From an uncultured Bacteroidales bacterium (GTDB lineage Bacteria; Bacteroidota; Bacteroidia; Bacteroidales; Paludibacteraceae), in the NCBI GenBank assembly GCA_900542355.1, contig UQNE01000002.1, positions 56,957 through 120,956 on the forward strand: a stretch of 64,000 nucleotides of DNA, given 5' to 3'. Both the position numbers and the translations under genes were made by a program. How positions within the stretch are numbered: position 1 is the stretch's first letter; every line of letters starts with the position of its first letter. A model generated the notes under the pieces. The model had not been told where the DNA came from and ran no database searches. It worked only from the letters and a program-made list of their open reading frames with translations. This document shows positions 1 to 9,635 of this stretch, piece after piece.

Positions 1-624
1 TATGTGGGAGTGCATGGCGGGGTGATTGCTTCGATGGTGCAGTTCTCACCCACGGTGGCGAATATGTCGCCGATTACCCAAGCGGTAGTGTTGGGAGGAA
101 ACGGCGGACTAGTATTCCGCTATAGTGCGCAGAAATGTTGCGCAGTGCAGGTGGAACTCAACTATATGCAGCGTGGTTGGCGGGAGGCAAACAGCGATGG
201 CTCTTACGCGCGTGCGATACATTATATAGAAGTGCCGTTTTTAATGCACATCTATTTCGGGAAACCGTCTTTTAGGGGGTTCATCAACTTAGGTCCGCAA
301 ATAGGCTATTGTGTGTACGATGATATGGGGAAAGGCAGCCGGCAGACAGAATCGACTCACCAATATGCGGCGTTGGATAAGAAATTCGATTGGGGAGCAG
401 CCGGCGGACTGGGGTTCTACTATCGGTCGAAAAATGCAGGGTTGTATCAGTTGGAGGCACGGTTTAACTACAGTCTTGGCACAATCTTTGCCAATTCAGC
501 AACGGATTATTTCTCGCAGTCGAACTCGATGAACCTGAGTGTGAATTTGGCGTGGATGTGGGAAATTAAGCCAAAGAAAAAACAGGTTGCCCCCGCCGGT
601 TGGATACCGATGGAGAAGAAATGA
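1..624 (+). CDS. outer-membrane beta-barrel (porin-family) protein, C-terminal fragment; start lies left of window
   Basis: ORF open to the left edge (frame of 4..624). Alternating amphipathic strand pattern, Gly/aromatic-rich, with a terminal aromatic strand (NLAWMW). No specific family recognised. Confidence 0.5.
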   Translation, partial: YVGVHGGVIASMVQFSPTVANMSPITQAVVLGGNGGLVFRYSAQKCCAVQVELNYMQRGWREANSDGSYARAIHYIEVPFLMHIYFGKPSFRGFINLGPQIGYCVYDDMGKGSRQTESTHQYAALDKKFDWGAAGGLGFYYRSKNAGLYQLEARFNYSLGTIFANSATDYFSQSNSMNLSVNLAWMWEIKPKKKQVAPAGWIPMEKK

Positions 625-747
625 GGGAACCACAAAAAGCGTGACGGTAAAGATAAACGATAAGTGTAAACTGCAGAATATCAACAATATATCTGAATAT
701 ACAATCACAACCAAATATACGACAAACTAACTAATTACTACAATACA

Positions 748-1593
748 ATGAAAACTAACTACGAGATTCGCTACGCAGCAAACCCGACAGATGCCAAGAA
801 TTACGACACCGAGCGTTTGCGCAAAGACTTTTTGATTGAGAAAGTGTTCACCCCGAATGAGGTGAATATGGTGTATTCGATGTACGACCGAATGGTGGTA
901 GGCGGTGCAATGCCCGTAGATGAAGTGTTGCCATTGGAGGCTATCGACCCGCTGAAAGCCCCGTATTTTCTCACTCGTCGTGAGATGGGAATCTACAATG
1001 TGGGCAAAGGCAAAGGCTTGGTACATGTAGATGGTAAAACCTTTGAGTTGGACTACAAAGAGGCGTTGTACCTTGGGCGCGGGGATCGTGAGGTATCGTT
1101 TGAATCGGCAGATGCCAATTGCCCCGCTTTGTTCTATTTCCTCTCCGCTACGGCACACACCACCTATCCGGACAAGAAAGTAACGAAGGCAGACGCTGTA
1201 GTGGCACATTTGGGCAGTCTCGAAATGTCGAATGAGCGCGATATCAACAAGATGATTGTCAATCAGGTGCTGCCGACCTGCCAGTTGCAGATGGGTATGA
1301 CCGAGTTGGCTCCGGGAAGCGTATGGAACACGATGCCCGCACATGTACACTCGCGCCGCATGGAGGCATATTTCTACTTTGAACTGCCTGAGGATCAAGC
1401 GATTTGCCATTTTATGGGTGAGGTGAACGAGACTCGCCATATCTGGATGCGGGGCAACCAAGCCGTACTGTCGCCCGAATGGTCGATTCACAGTGCCGCC
1501 GCTACCCACAACTACACTTTTATTTGGGGTATGGCAGGCGAGAACTTGGACTACGGAGACCAAGACTTCAGCAAAATCACTGACCTAAAATAA
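748..1593 (+). CDS. kduI: 5-dehydro-4-deoxy-D-glucuronate isomerase
   Basis: 281 aa. Near end-to-end match to recalled E. coli KduI, e.g. FLxEKVF, CQLxMGxTELAPGxxWNTMPxHxHxRRMExYFYF, YTFIWGMxGEN. Confidence 0.9.
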   Translation: MKTNYEIRYAANPTDAKNYDTERLRKDFLIEKVFTPNEVNMVYSMYDRMVVGGAMPVDEVLPLEAIDPLKAPYFLTRREMGIYNVGKGKGLVHVDGKTFELDYKEALYLGRGDREVSFESADANCPALFYFLSATAHTTYPDKKVTKADAVVAHLGSLEMSNERDINKMIVNQVLPTCQLQMGMTELAPGSVWNTMPAHVHSRRMEAYFYFELPEDQAICHFMGEVNETRHIWMRGNQAVLSPEWSIHSAAATHNYTFIWGMAGENLDYGDQDFSKITDLK

Positions 1594-1712
1594 GAGTAGT
1601 CGGAAACAGCCCAACAAAAGCAGCCCTTTTGGAGGATAACTTTTTGCGGACTACTAAAAGTACGGACAAGACCAATCAAACTAACAATAACTAACTAACA
1701 ATCAACAAAATC

Positions 1713-2516
1713 ATGAACAATCTTTTTTCATTGGCAGGCAAGAATGCGTGGATTACAGGCGCATCGTATGGCATTGGTTTCAACATAGCCAAGGCCTTTG
1801 TAGAGGCAGGTGTGGAAAACATCATCTTCAATGACATCAATGAGGCTGCTTTGGAGCGCGGACTGAAGAACTACGCTGACGCAGGCATCAAGAATGTGAA
1901 AGGCTATGTGTGCGATGTAACCAAGGAGGACGATGTAAAAGCCCTTGTGGAGCAGATACACCGCGAGGTAGGACAAATCGATATTCTGGTAAACAATGCG
2001 GGTATCATCAAGCGTATCCCGATGCACGAGATGAAACGCGCAGAGTTTCAACAGGTTATCGATGTCGATTTGGTAGCACCATTCATTGTAAGTTCAGCCG
2101 TTCTGCCGGAGATGATGGAGCGTCGTGAGGGCAAGATCATCAATATCTGCTCGATGATGTCGGAATTAGGTCGCGAGACGGTGAGTGCCTACGCTGCAGC
2201 GAAGGGCGGTCTGAAGATGCTAACCCGCAATATCTGCTCTGAGTACGGCTCGTACAATATCCAGTGCAACGGTATCGGTCCGGGCTACATTGCCACACCA
2301 CAAACTGCACCGCTGCGTGAGATTCAACCGGACGGCAGTCGTCATCCGTTCGACAAATTCATCTGCGCTAAGACTCCTGCAGGTCGTTGGTTAGAGCCGA
2401 ATGAGTTGGGTGGTCCGGCAGTATTCCTTGCATCACACGCTTCGGATGCCGTAAACGGACACATCTTGTATGTGGACGGCGGAATCTTGGCTTACATCGG
2501 CAAGCAACCGGAGTAA
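1713..2516 (+). CDS. kduD: SDR-family 2-deoxy-D-gluconate 3-dehydrogenase / gluconate 5-dehydrogenase (KduD/IdnO-like)
   Basis: 267 aa with strong similarity to recalled IdnO/KduD: MNxLFSLAGKN..ITG, ILVNNAGI, GKIINICSMxSELGRxT..YAAxKGxxKMLTR, ASDxVNGHxLxVDGG. Adjacency to kduI supports a KduD role. The symbol is inferred from context. Confidence 0.8.
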   Translation: MNNLFSLAGKNAWITGASYGIGFNIAKAFVEAGVENIIFNDINEAALERGLKNYADAGIKNVKGYVCDVTKEDDVKALVEQIHREVGQIDILVNNAGIIKRIPMHEMKRAEFQQVIDVDLVAPFIVSSAVLPEMMERREGKIINICSMMSELGRETVSAYAAAKGGLKMLTRNICSEYGSYNIQCNGIGPGYIATPQTAPLREIQPDGSRHPFDKFICAKTPAGRWLEPNELGGPAVFLASHASDAVNGHILYVDGGILAYIGKQPE

Positions 2517-2568
2517 GGAAAAGGGACGATGGAAGAAGGACATTGGACAATAGACAAAAGGATTTGAG

Positions 2569-3483
2569 ATGAAGAAGATTCTATATTTTGTAGCATGCTT
2601 GTGTGTGTTGGCCGGTTGTCAGCCGACACAGCAAGCACGCGTATATGGGCGATATGTACCTGAGCGCAAGGACGATTTTGCGTGGGAAAACGAGTATGCA
2701 GCCTTTCGTATGTACGGACTTGCATTGTTGCCAGAGAACCCGTCGAATGGTGTGGATCTATGGCTGAAAGCGAGTCCGGAGTTGGTGGTGGACAGTTTCT
2801 ACTACCGCGAACATACGCTGGGACTGCCGTATCACATCAACTATGGTAAGGGGTTGGATTGCTACAAGGTGGCACACACTGTGGGCTGCGGAGGTTTGGC
2901 AATCGTATCTGACAGCACCCTGTATGTAGGAGGACCATACTCATCGTGGGAGATACTGGAACAGACACCTAACAAACTGGTATTCAAATTGATATACGAT
3001 AGTCTGTTGGTTTGCAACCAGATTATGAACGGCGAGATAACGATTACCGCTGAGGCCGGCAAGATGTTGAACCGTGCGGATGTGGTAGTGAACTGCCCGA
3101 CGCGTATCGGTCTGCCCCATCTCTATGCGGGCGGGGGTATCTACCTGCATGACACGATAGACCACATCATGCAATGCAGTCAATGCGGTGCTATCGCTTA
3201 TGCAGAGGACGCACTATCGGACAGCCAGGCCGCGAAGATGAACTACGAGTACAACGGTTCTACCTCGCAAGGGCGTGATTATGTGGCAGTTATCACACCA
3301 GGTGCGACCCGCCAAGAGATTATCGACGGCAGTCTGCTCTCGCTGCGGAAGTACCATGTGGGCGATACACTCACCTACTATTTCGGTGCTTGCTGGAGCG
3401 AATGGAAAGACGGTGAGAAAAGTATGCCGACCGATGATAGTTGGTTTGACGCCGTGCGTGAGGCTGCCCAAAATATAGAGTAA
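2569..3483 (+). CDS. lipoprotein of unknown function (signal peptide plus lipobox LAGC); possibly the DUF family that follows kduID in Bacteroidales
   Basis: N-terminal MKKILYFVACLCVLAGC signal and lipobox. No catalytic motif recognised. Co-directional with kduI-kduD. Confidence 0.55.
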   Translation: MKKILYFVACLCVLAGCQPTQQARVYGRYVPERKDDFAWENEYAAFRMYGLALLPENPSNGVDLWLKASPELVVDSFYYREHTLGLPYHINYGKGLDCYKVAHTVGCGGLAIVSDSTLYVGGPYSSWEILEQTPNKLVFKLIYDSLLVCNQIMNGEITITAEAGKMLNRADVVVNCPTRIGLPHLYAGGGIYLHDTIDHIMQCSQCGAIAYAEDALSDSQAAKMNYEYNGSTSQGRDYVAVITPGATRQEIIDGSLLSLRKYHVGDTLTYYFGACWSEWKDGEKSMPTDDSWFDAVREAAQNIE

Positions 3484-3535
3484 ACAATAAAAAACATAAA
3501 TAAAAAGTCGGTTTAAAGACCGCGTTAGCATTCGA

Positions 3536-3568
3536 TTAGGTCTCGACAAGGTCTCGACAAAATCCGCT
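3536..3568 (+). repeat. truncated copy (A) of the TTAGGTCTCGAcaAGGTCTCGA intergenic repeat family, flanked by 7-bp direct repeats ATTCGAT (3530-3536 and 3569-3575)
   Basis: TTAGGTCTCGACAAGGTCTCGACAAAATCCGCT. Matches copies at 12437, 60351 and 23499(rc) apart from loss of the third GGTyTCGA unit. Confidence 0.7.
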
Positions 3569-3619
3569 ATTCGATGAGATACTATTTATTTATGTTTTTT
3601 ATCAGAAAATGATTAGGCA

Positions 3620-4618
3620 ATGACCTACTTGGTACTGCGTTTTTCGACACTCGGTAATGTAGCGATGACGGTTCCCGTGATTGCGTCGGTGAGTGCACTG
3701 CAACCCGATGACGAGTTTATCGTGGTGGCAAAGAAACGCTTGAGTGCGATGTACTACGGTTTGCCTAATGTGCGTTTCCACGAGGCGGAACTGACTGATT
3801 TAGGCAGTTTGATACGCTTGTATCGGGAACTAAAGCAATACTCGATTGACGCTGTGATTGACTTGCAAAATGTAGCACGGACACGGTTGTTGCGAGCATT
3901 GTTCCGCCTCGGAGGGAAACGAACCTACCGCATTCGCTATGGCAGAGTGAGCAAATATCTGATCACGCTATGCGGATTTAACTTCGGGAAGGCATTGCCA
4001 ACCGAGTTTGAGCGATATGCCGATACTTTTCGTCGTGCCGGACTGCGATGCGACACGCGTTTTGAAGCGTTGGCAGTAAATGAAGAAGCGCAACGGGCTG
4101 TGTATGAGCGGTTTGGCGAGAAACAAGGGCGATGGATCGGCATTGCGCCTTTTGCGAAATCGAAATCGAATATGCTGTCCTATCGCACCACCAAAGAGGT
4201 GATTGAGCGTTTGTCGGCAGAGCCGAATACGCGGCTTTTTCTCTTTGGCGCGGGCAAGATAGAATGTGAGATGCTGCGCCAGTGGGCAAGCGTTTTTCCG
4301 CACACCGACAGCATAGCGGGAGAACTGCCATTGGAGCAGGAATTGGAACTGATGCGTCGATTGGACGGGATGGTTTGTATGGATTCTGCCAATCAGCATT
4401 TGAGTTCATTGGTGGGGTTGCGTGCCATAAGCGTATGGTGCGGCACCCATCCGAAATTGGGCTTTGCGGGTTGGAAGCAACGCCCCGAAGACATTATCCA
4501 ACTAAATCAGATAGCGTGCAGGCCGTGTACTTGCCATGGAATCAACTATTGCAGGTATCACAACTTTGCATGCAAAAACATAAGTGCAGAACAAATTATA
4601 AAACGAATATATGAGTAA
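3620..4618 (+). CDS. glycosyltransferase family 9 (ADP-heptose:LPS heptosyltransferase-like)
   Basis: 332 aa with GT9-like architecture: GNVAMTVPVI N-terminus, a central GxAPFAKS motif, and C-terminal MDSANQHLSSLVG as in RfaF/RfaC-type enzymes. Confidence 0.65.
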   Translation: MTYLVLRFSTLGNVAMTVPVIASVSALQPDDEFIVVAKKRLSAMYYGLPNVRFHEAELTDLGSLIRLYRELKQYSIDAVIDLQNVARTRLLRALFRLGGKRTYRIRYGRVSKYLITLCGFNFGKALPTEFERYADTFRRAGLRCDTRFEALAVNEEAQRAVYERFGEKQGRWIGIAPFAKSKSNMLSYRTTKEVIERLSAEPNTRLFLFGAGKIECEMLRQWASVFPHTDSIAGELPLEQELELMRRLDGMVCMDSANQHLSSLVGLRAISVWCGTHPKLGFAGWKQRPEDIIQLNQIACRPCTCHGINYCRYHNFACKNISAEQIIKRIYE

Positions 4619-5372
4619 GATTATTTCATTGGCCAACCAAAAAGGCGGTGTCGGCAAGACGACCACATCGATCAACTTGTCCGCAGCCTTGGCACAACAA
4701 GGGAAGAAAGTTCTATTGGTTGATGCAGACCCTCAAGCCAACGCCTCATCCGGCTTAGGCATTGAGATTCGCGATCTTGAGAATACCATCTACGAGTGTC
4801 TGATCAATGGCATTGACCCGCATACTGCCGTAGTGGAAACCTCGGTGGAGAATCTGAGTTTGATACCGAGCCATATCGACCTTGTGGGTGCGGAAATAGA
4901 GATGCTAAACATCGAAAATAGAGAGAATTTGCTCAAAAATATCTTGACGCAAGTACGCTCCGAATATGATTATATTCTAATTGACTGTTCTCCTTCGTTG
5001 GGTTTGATTACCATAAATGCACTCACTGCCAGCGACAGTGTGATTATCCCGGTGCAGTGCGAATTCTTTGCATTGGAGGGTATTGCAAAGTTGCTGAATA
5101 CGATCAAGATTATCAAGTCGCAACTCAATCCGTCGTTGCAGATAGAAGGGTTCTTGCTGACGATGTACGACAACCGTTTGCGCCTCAGCAACCAAGTATA
5201 TGAGGAGGTAAAACGCCACTTCGGAGATTTGGTATTCAATTCGGTTATCTCTCGCAATGTGCGTCTGAGCGAGGCTCCGAGCCATGGTATGTCGGTATTG
5301 GAGTACGACCCGCTTAGCAAAGGTGCGCAGAACTATGTATCGCTGGCAAAAGAACTTATCAATCGCCAATAA
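4611..5372 (+). CDS. parA: chromosome partitioning ATPase ParA/Soj
   Basis: KGGVGKTTTSINLSAALA deviant Walker A motif, followed by VLLVDADPQANASSGLG. Confidence 0.95.
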   Translation: MSKIISLANQKGGVGKTTTSINLSAALAQQGKKVLLVDADPQANASSGLGIEIRDLENTIYECLINGIDPHTAVVETSVENLSLIPSHIDLVGAEIEMLNIENRENLLKNILTQVRSEYDYILIDCSPSLGLITINALTASDSVIIPVQCEFFALEGIAKLLNTIKIIKSQLNPSLQIEGFLLTMYDNRLRLSNQVYEEVKRHFGDLVFNSVISRNVRLSEAPSHGMSVLEYDPLSKGAQNYVSLAKELINRQ

Positions 5373-5383
5373 ATCAATAGATT

Positions 5384-6223
5384 ATGAAGAAGATGACAGG
5401 ATTAGGGCGCGGCCTGGACGCGCTGATAGACACCACGCATGTGGATACCAATGGCGGAAGCAGTATCAGCGAGGTGGAACTGAGCAAGATAGTAGCCAAC
5501 CCCGATCAGCCACGCCGCAATTTTGATGAGGACGCCCTGGCAGAGTTGGCCGATTCGATACGCGAACATGGTGTAATCTCGCCTATCACGCTGCGAAAGA
5601 ACGATGACGGCACCTATATGATTATTGCCGGTGAGCGTCGTTATCGTGCGTCGAAGATGGCGGGATTGAACTCGATTCCTGCCTATATCCGCACTGCGAA
5701 AGACGAGCAGGTGATGGAGTGGGCATTAATAGAGAATATTCAGCGCGAGGACCTGGACGCGATAGAGATAGCCCTTGCTTATCAGCGACTTATGGACGAG
5801 TATCAACTGACGCAGGAGCGTATGTCGGAGCGTGTGGGGAAGAAACGCGCCACGGTAGCCAACTATTTGCGTCTGCTGAAACTGCCTGCCGAGATTCAGA
5901 TGGGTATCAAAGAGAAGAAGATTGATATGGGACACGCTCGCGCCATTCTCGGTTCGCCGTCGGCAGAGCAGCAGTTGGATCTGTATCAGCGCATTTTGAA
6001 AGAGGGGTTGTCGGTTCATAAAGTGGAGCAGTTGGTTAGCGAAAACAAACCAAAATCCACTAAACCCAAAGCAGAAAAGAAAGAGGATAACCCACAATAT
6101 CAGCAACTTAGCAAGCAGTTGGAAGAGGCTATCGGCAAGAAAGTGAAGATCGCTGACGGCAAATTGACTATATTCTTCAACGGCGAGGAAGAGTTGTATT
6201 CGATACTTGAGCGTCTGCATTGA
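5384..6223 (+). CDS. parB: chromosome partitioning protein ParB/Spo0J
   Basis: GLGRGLDALI, RRNFDEDALAELADSIREHGVISPITLR, and the GERRYRA ParB box motifs. Confidence 0.95.
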   Translation: MKKMTGLGRGLDALIDTTHVDTNGGSSISEVELSKIVANPDQPRRNFDEDALAELADSIREHGVISPITLRKNDDGTYMIIAGERRYRASKMAGLNSIPAYIRTAKDEQVMEWALIENIQREDLDAIEIALAYQRLMDEYQLTQERMSERVGKKRATVANYLRLLKLPAEIQMGIKEKKIDMGHARAILGSPSAEQQLDLYQRILKEGLSVHKVEQLVSENKPKSTKPKAEKKEDNPQYQQLSKQLEEAIGKKVKIADGKLTIFFNGEEELYSILERLH

Positions 6224-6864
6224 AGCGTTTTCTGAGCATATTGTTGCTATGTATTCCGTGCCTGCTGATGGCGCAGAACGATGTGATTTACCATACACCC
6301 GACACGACCTCGGCGGACGATGGGCAGTATCGGTACTACATCGATTTGTCGCGCCGCCCCGATGCGCTAAAAGCAGTGTGGCTTGGGGCAATCTTGCCCG
6401 GGGCAGGGCAAATCTACAATGGCAGTTATTGGAAACTACCTATCGTATATGGAGGATTGATGGGTTGCGGATATGCGATTTCGCTGAACCAATCACGCTA
6501 CAACAGTTACAAGACCGCTTATCGGGACTTGTACAACGATGCACAAGCAGGGCTTGTGAACAACGACCCGACGAAATCGTACAACGCGATTTTGCCCGAG
6601 GGGTACGACATCGACCGCTTGGGCGGAGTGAGCCGATACACATCGACTCTGCAGAACTGGCAGAGCAACTACCGCCGCTACCGTGATTGGAGCATAGTAG
6701 CCACCATATTGGTGTATGCACTCTCGCTGGTGGATGCGTATGTGGATGCACAACTATTTGATTTTGATATTTCACCCGACCTGACACTGAATGTGGAGCC
6801 GCAGATCTACTACGATTTGCAGCAACAGCGTTCTGCGGAGGTAAAATTAGCGATTACATTTTGA
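6220..6864 (+). CDS. DUF5683-like membrane protein, the conserved Bacteroidales gene after parB
   Basis: Signal-like N-terminus, then the GAILPGAGQIYNGSYWKLPIVYGGLMG motif. Overlaps parB by 4 nt (ATGA). Position-conserved downstream of parAB in Bacteroidales, from memory. Confidence 0.6.
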   Translation: MKRFLSILLLCIPCLLMAQNDVIYHTPDTTSADDGQYRYYIDLSRRPDALKAVWLGAILPGAGQIYNGSYWKLPIVYGGLMGCGYAISLNQSRYNSYKTAYRDLYNDAQAGLVNNDPTKSYNAILPEGYDIDRLGGVSRYTSTLQNWQSNYRRYRDWSIVATILVYALSLVDAYVDAQLFDFDISPDLTLNVEPQIYYDLQQQRSAEVKLAITF

Positions 6865-8225
6865 AACAGACACTCCTATCTATACTATTAATTGTTTCGT
6901 GCGTGTGTGCATACGCGCACGAGGCAGAGACTTCGGTACCGGTACAAGCACCTGTGCAATCGATTGACTCGGTGGAGACACTGCGGGTTGACTCAGCAGA
7001 AATGGACTCTATCGAGCAGATCATAGAGGCTATGGAAGACACAACACTGATAGCCGAGCCTGTATTCTTGCAGCAGTGGAACGACAGCAGTTTGACAGAC
7101 ATCGATTTTCGTATGATGGAGTGGGCAATGGGTTGGCTTGATACGACGGAATGTGTAGCGCAAGCCGACACGGTTGTGTTGCCCGACTCGGTATATAAGG
7201 CGCGTTTGCAAGCGTTGGTGTGCGTAGTAGAACTTCCTTACAATCAGGTGGTTAAGAGTTTTATATTGCGCTATGTGCAGCGTGGACAGAAGCAAGTGGC
7301 GCGTATGAAGCGGATGTCGGAATACTATTTCCCGATTTTTGAGGAGGCATTGGATCGCTACGGTTTGCCCTACGAACTGGAACTGATGCCCGTGATAGAG
7401 TCTGCGCTCAATCCGCAAGCCCATTCGCACATGGGAGCAGCGGGATTGTGGCAGTTTATGCCCGCCACAGGCAAACGCTACGGGTTGGAAATCAACTCGC
7501 TGGTGGATGAGCGTATGGATCCTATCAAATCGACGGATGCGGCATGCCGTTTCCTGAAAGCGATGTACGATGTGTTTCAAGATTGGAATTTGGTGATAGC
7601 CGCCTACAACTGCGGTTCGGGCAATGTGAGCAAAGCCATCCACCGCGCAGGCGGCAAACGCGATTTCTGGAGTATCTATCCCTATCTGCCACGGGAGACG
7701 AGGAGTTATCTGCCGATATTCATCGCTGCTAATTACGCAATGAATTACAGCGACTTACACGGTATCTGCCCCGCTCCGTTGGAGAAAATAATGCTTACTG
7801 ATACCATTATGACCAATCGGCGAATGCACTTGGAGCAAGTGTCAGCCAAATTGGATATACCTATGGAGGAGTTGCGCCGACTCAACCCGCAGTATGTACG
7901 CGATATTCTGCCGGGAGGTAACCAATATGCACTATGCTTGCCGAGCGAAAAAGTAGGGTTGTTTATCGAGCAGCAAGACAGTATCTGCGCCCACAAAGCC
8001 GACCAACTCATCAACAGCCGACGCGAGGAGATAGATATGGCGAAAGTAACGGAGGTATCGGGTGCTTATCGCGTGAACGGCGTAACTTACTACACTATCA
8101 AAAACGGCGATACACTCGGCGGAATAGCCAAGAAATTCCGTTGCTCGGTGAAACAACTCAAGGCGTGGAACGGACTAAAAGACGACAATATCCGCGCGGG
8201 GAGAAAACTAAAAATATACAAGTAA
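6861..8225 (+). CDS. mltD: lytic transglycosylase (SLT domain) with C-terminal LysM, MltD-like
   Basis: SLT catalytic region ESALNPQAHSHMGAAGLWQFMPATG...AAYNCGSGNV. C-terminal LysM: YTIKNGDTLGGIAKKFRCSVKQLKAWNGL. Confidence 0.85.
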   Translation: MKQTLLSILLIVSCVCAYAHEAETSVPVQAPVQSIDSVETLRVDSAEMDSIEQIIEAMEDTTLIAEPVFLQQWNDSSLTDIDFRMMEWAMGWLDTTECVAQADTVVLPDSVYKARLQALVCVVELPYNQVVKSFILRYVQRGQKQVARMKRMSEYYFPIFEEALDRYGLPYELELMPVIESALNPQAHSHMGAAGLWQFMPATGKRYGLEINSLVDERMDPIKSTDAACRFLKAMYDVFQDWNLVIAAYNCGSGNVSKAIHRAGGKRDFWSIYPYLPRETRSYLPIFIAANYAMNYSDLHGICPAPLEKIMLTDTIMTNRRMHLEQVSAKLDIPMEELRRLNPQYVRDILPGGNQYALCLPSEKVGLFIEQQDSICAHKADQLINSRREEIDMAKVTEVSGAYRVNGVTYYTIKNGDTLGGIAKKFRCSVKQLKAWNGLKDDNIRAGRKLKIYK

Positions 8226-8588
8226 GTGGCAGACAATCAGAGCAATAGCGATACACTGCAGAAGGTATATTATCGTATGCGTGAGGTGATAGAAGAAACG
8301 GGGCTACCCGGTTCGACTCTGCGTTATTGGGAGAGCCAGTTTGAGCAACTCTCGCCTCGCAAAGACGGGCACGGCAACCGCTACTATACGCAGCAGGATA
8401 TTGTGCTGATTAAGCAGATAAAGATGATTCGCGATGATCTGAAAATCACGCGAATAGAGGCTATCCGCAAGGAATTGGCGGGCAATGGTGTGCAAATCAA
8501 CAACCAACAACGCGCTATAGAACTGATGCAGAAAGTTCGTCAAGAACTGGCAGAGATACGCTCGCTCTTATTACCTATCAATCAATAA
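8226..8588 (+). CDS. MerR-family helix-turn-helix transcriptional regulator
   Basis: 120 aa with a MerR-like HTH (YRMREVIEETGLPGSTLRYWESQF) followed by a coiled-coil region. Starts immediately after the mltD stop. Confidence 0.6.
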   Translation: MADNQSNSDTLQKVYYRMREVIEETGLPGSTLRYWESQFEQLSPRKDGHGNRYYTQQDIVLIKQIKMIRDDLKITRIEAIRKELAGNGVQINNQQRAIELMQKVRQELAEIRSLLLPINQ

Positions 8589-8591
8589 CTT

Positions 8592-9614
8592 ATGGCACCT
8601 CTTTTCTCGATTATCGTTCCGGTTTACAATCGTCCGCAAGAGGTGGACGAACTGCTCAACAGTCTATGTGGTCAGAGTCTGCACGACTTTGAGGTAGTGA
8701 TTGTAGAGGATGGTTCGGCGGTGCCTTGTGAGGAGGTTTGCCGTGGCTATGCCGACAGGCTGAATATCCGCTATTTTGCGAAACCAAACTCCGGTCCGGG
8801 ACCATCGCGCAACTATGGTGCAGCCCGCGCACAGGGCGAGTATCTGCTGATTTTGGACAGCGATGTCATCTTACCGACCGACTACCTAAAAAATATCCGA
8901 GAGGAACTGCAACGGGAACCGACAGACGCATTTGGCGGTCCGGATAGAGCGAATGAAAACTTCACACCCGTGCAGAAAGCCATCAACTATGCGATGACGA
9001 GTTTCTTCACTACCGGGGGAATCCGCGGGGGCAAGAAAAAGATGGATAAGTTTTACCCGCGCAGTTTCAATTTGGGCGTGCGGCGAGAAGTGTTTGAGGC
9101 TTTGGGCGGCTTTTCGGATATGCGTTTTGGCGAAGATATCGACTTCAGCATTCGTATTTTCAAGGGCGGCTATTCGTGCCGTCTGTTCCCCGAAGCATGG
9201 GTGTGGCACAAGCGAAGATCCACTTTTCGGCAGTTTTTCAAACAGGTGCACAACTCGGGTATCGCACGCATACACCTATACAAGAAATATCCCGAGTCGC
9301 TGAAGTTGGTACATCTGCTGCCGGCAGCGTTTACTATCGGTTTGGGCGTGTTGCTGATTTTGTGTATCTGCGGCGTGGCGTTGCATATCGAGTGGCTTGC
9401 CATTGCGCCTGTTGCGCTTGTAGGGCTGTATGCCGTGTTGCTTTTGGCCGACTCGTCGATACAGAACCGAAGTATGTATGTAGGACTGCTCTCTATCGCG
9501 GCTGCATTTGTACAACTGACCGGTTATGGAACTGGTTTTCTGCGTGCGGTTTGGCATTGCCTAATCTTAGGAAGAACTGATTTTCAGGCCTTTAGAAAGA
9601 CCTTCTATAAATAA
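8592..9614 (+). CDS. GT2 polyprenol-phosphate glycosyltransferase (GtrB/CsbB/ArnC-like) with C-terminal transmembrane helices
   Basis: IIVPVYNRPQEV...VIVEDGS...ILDSDVILP GT-A fold with DxD, and a hydrophobic C-terminal ~90 aa carrying two TM helices. Confidence 0.8.
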   Translation: MAPLFSIIVPVYNRPQEVDELLNSLCGQSLHDFEVVIVEDGSAVPCEEVCRGYADRLNIRYFAKPNSGPGPSRNYGAARAQGEYLLILDSDVILPTDYLKNIREELQREPTDAFGGPDRANENFTPVQKAINYAMTSFFTTGGIRGGKKKMDKFYPRSFNLGVRREVFEALGGFSDMRFGEDIDFSIRIFKGGYSCRLFPEAWVWHKRRSTFRQFFKQVHNSGIARIHLYKKYPESLKLVHLLPAAFTIGLGVLLILCICGVALHIEWLAIAPVALVGLYAVLLLADSSIQNRSMYVGLLSIAAAFVQLTGYGTGFLRAVWHCLILGRTDFQAFRKTFYK

Positions 9615-9635
9615 ACTTATGCTAACTTATCATTT

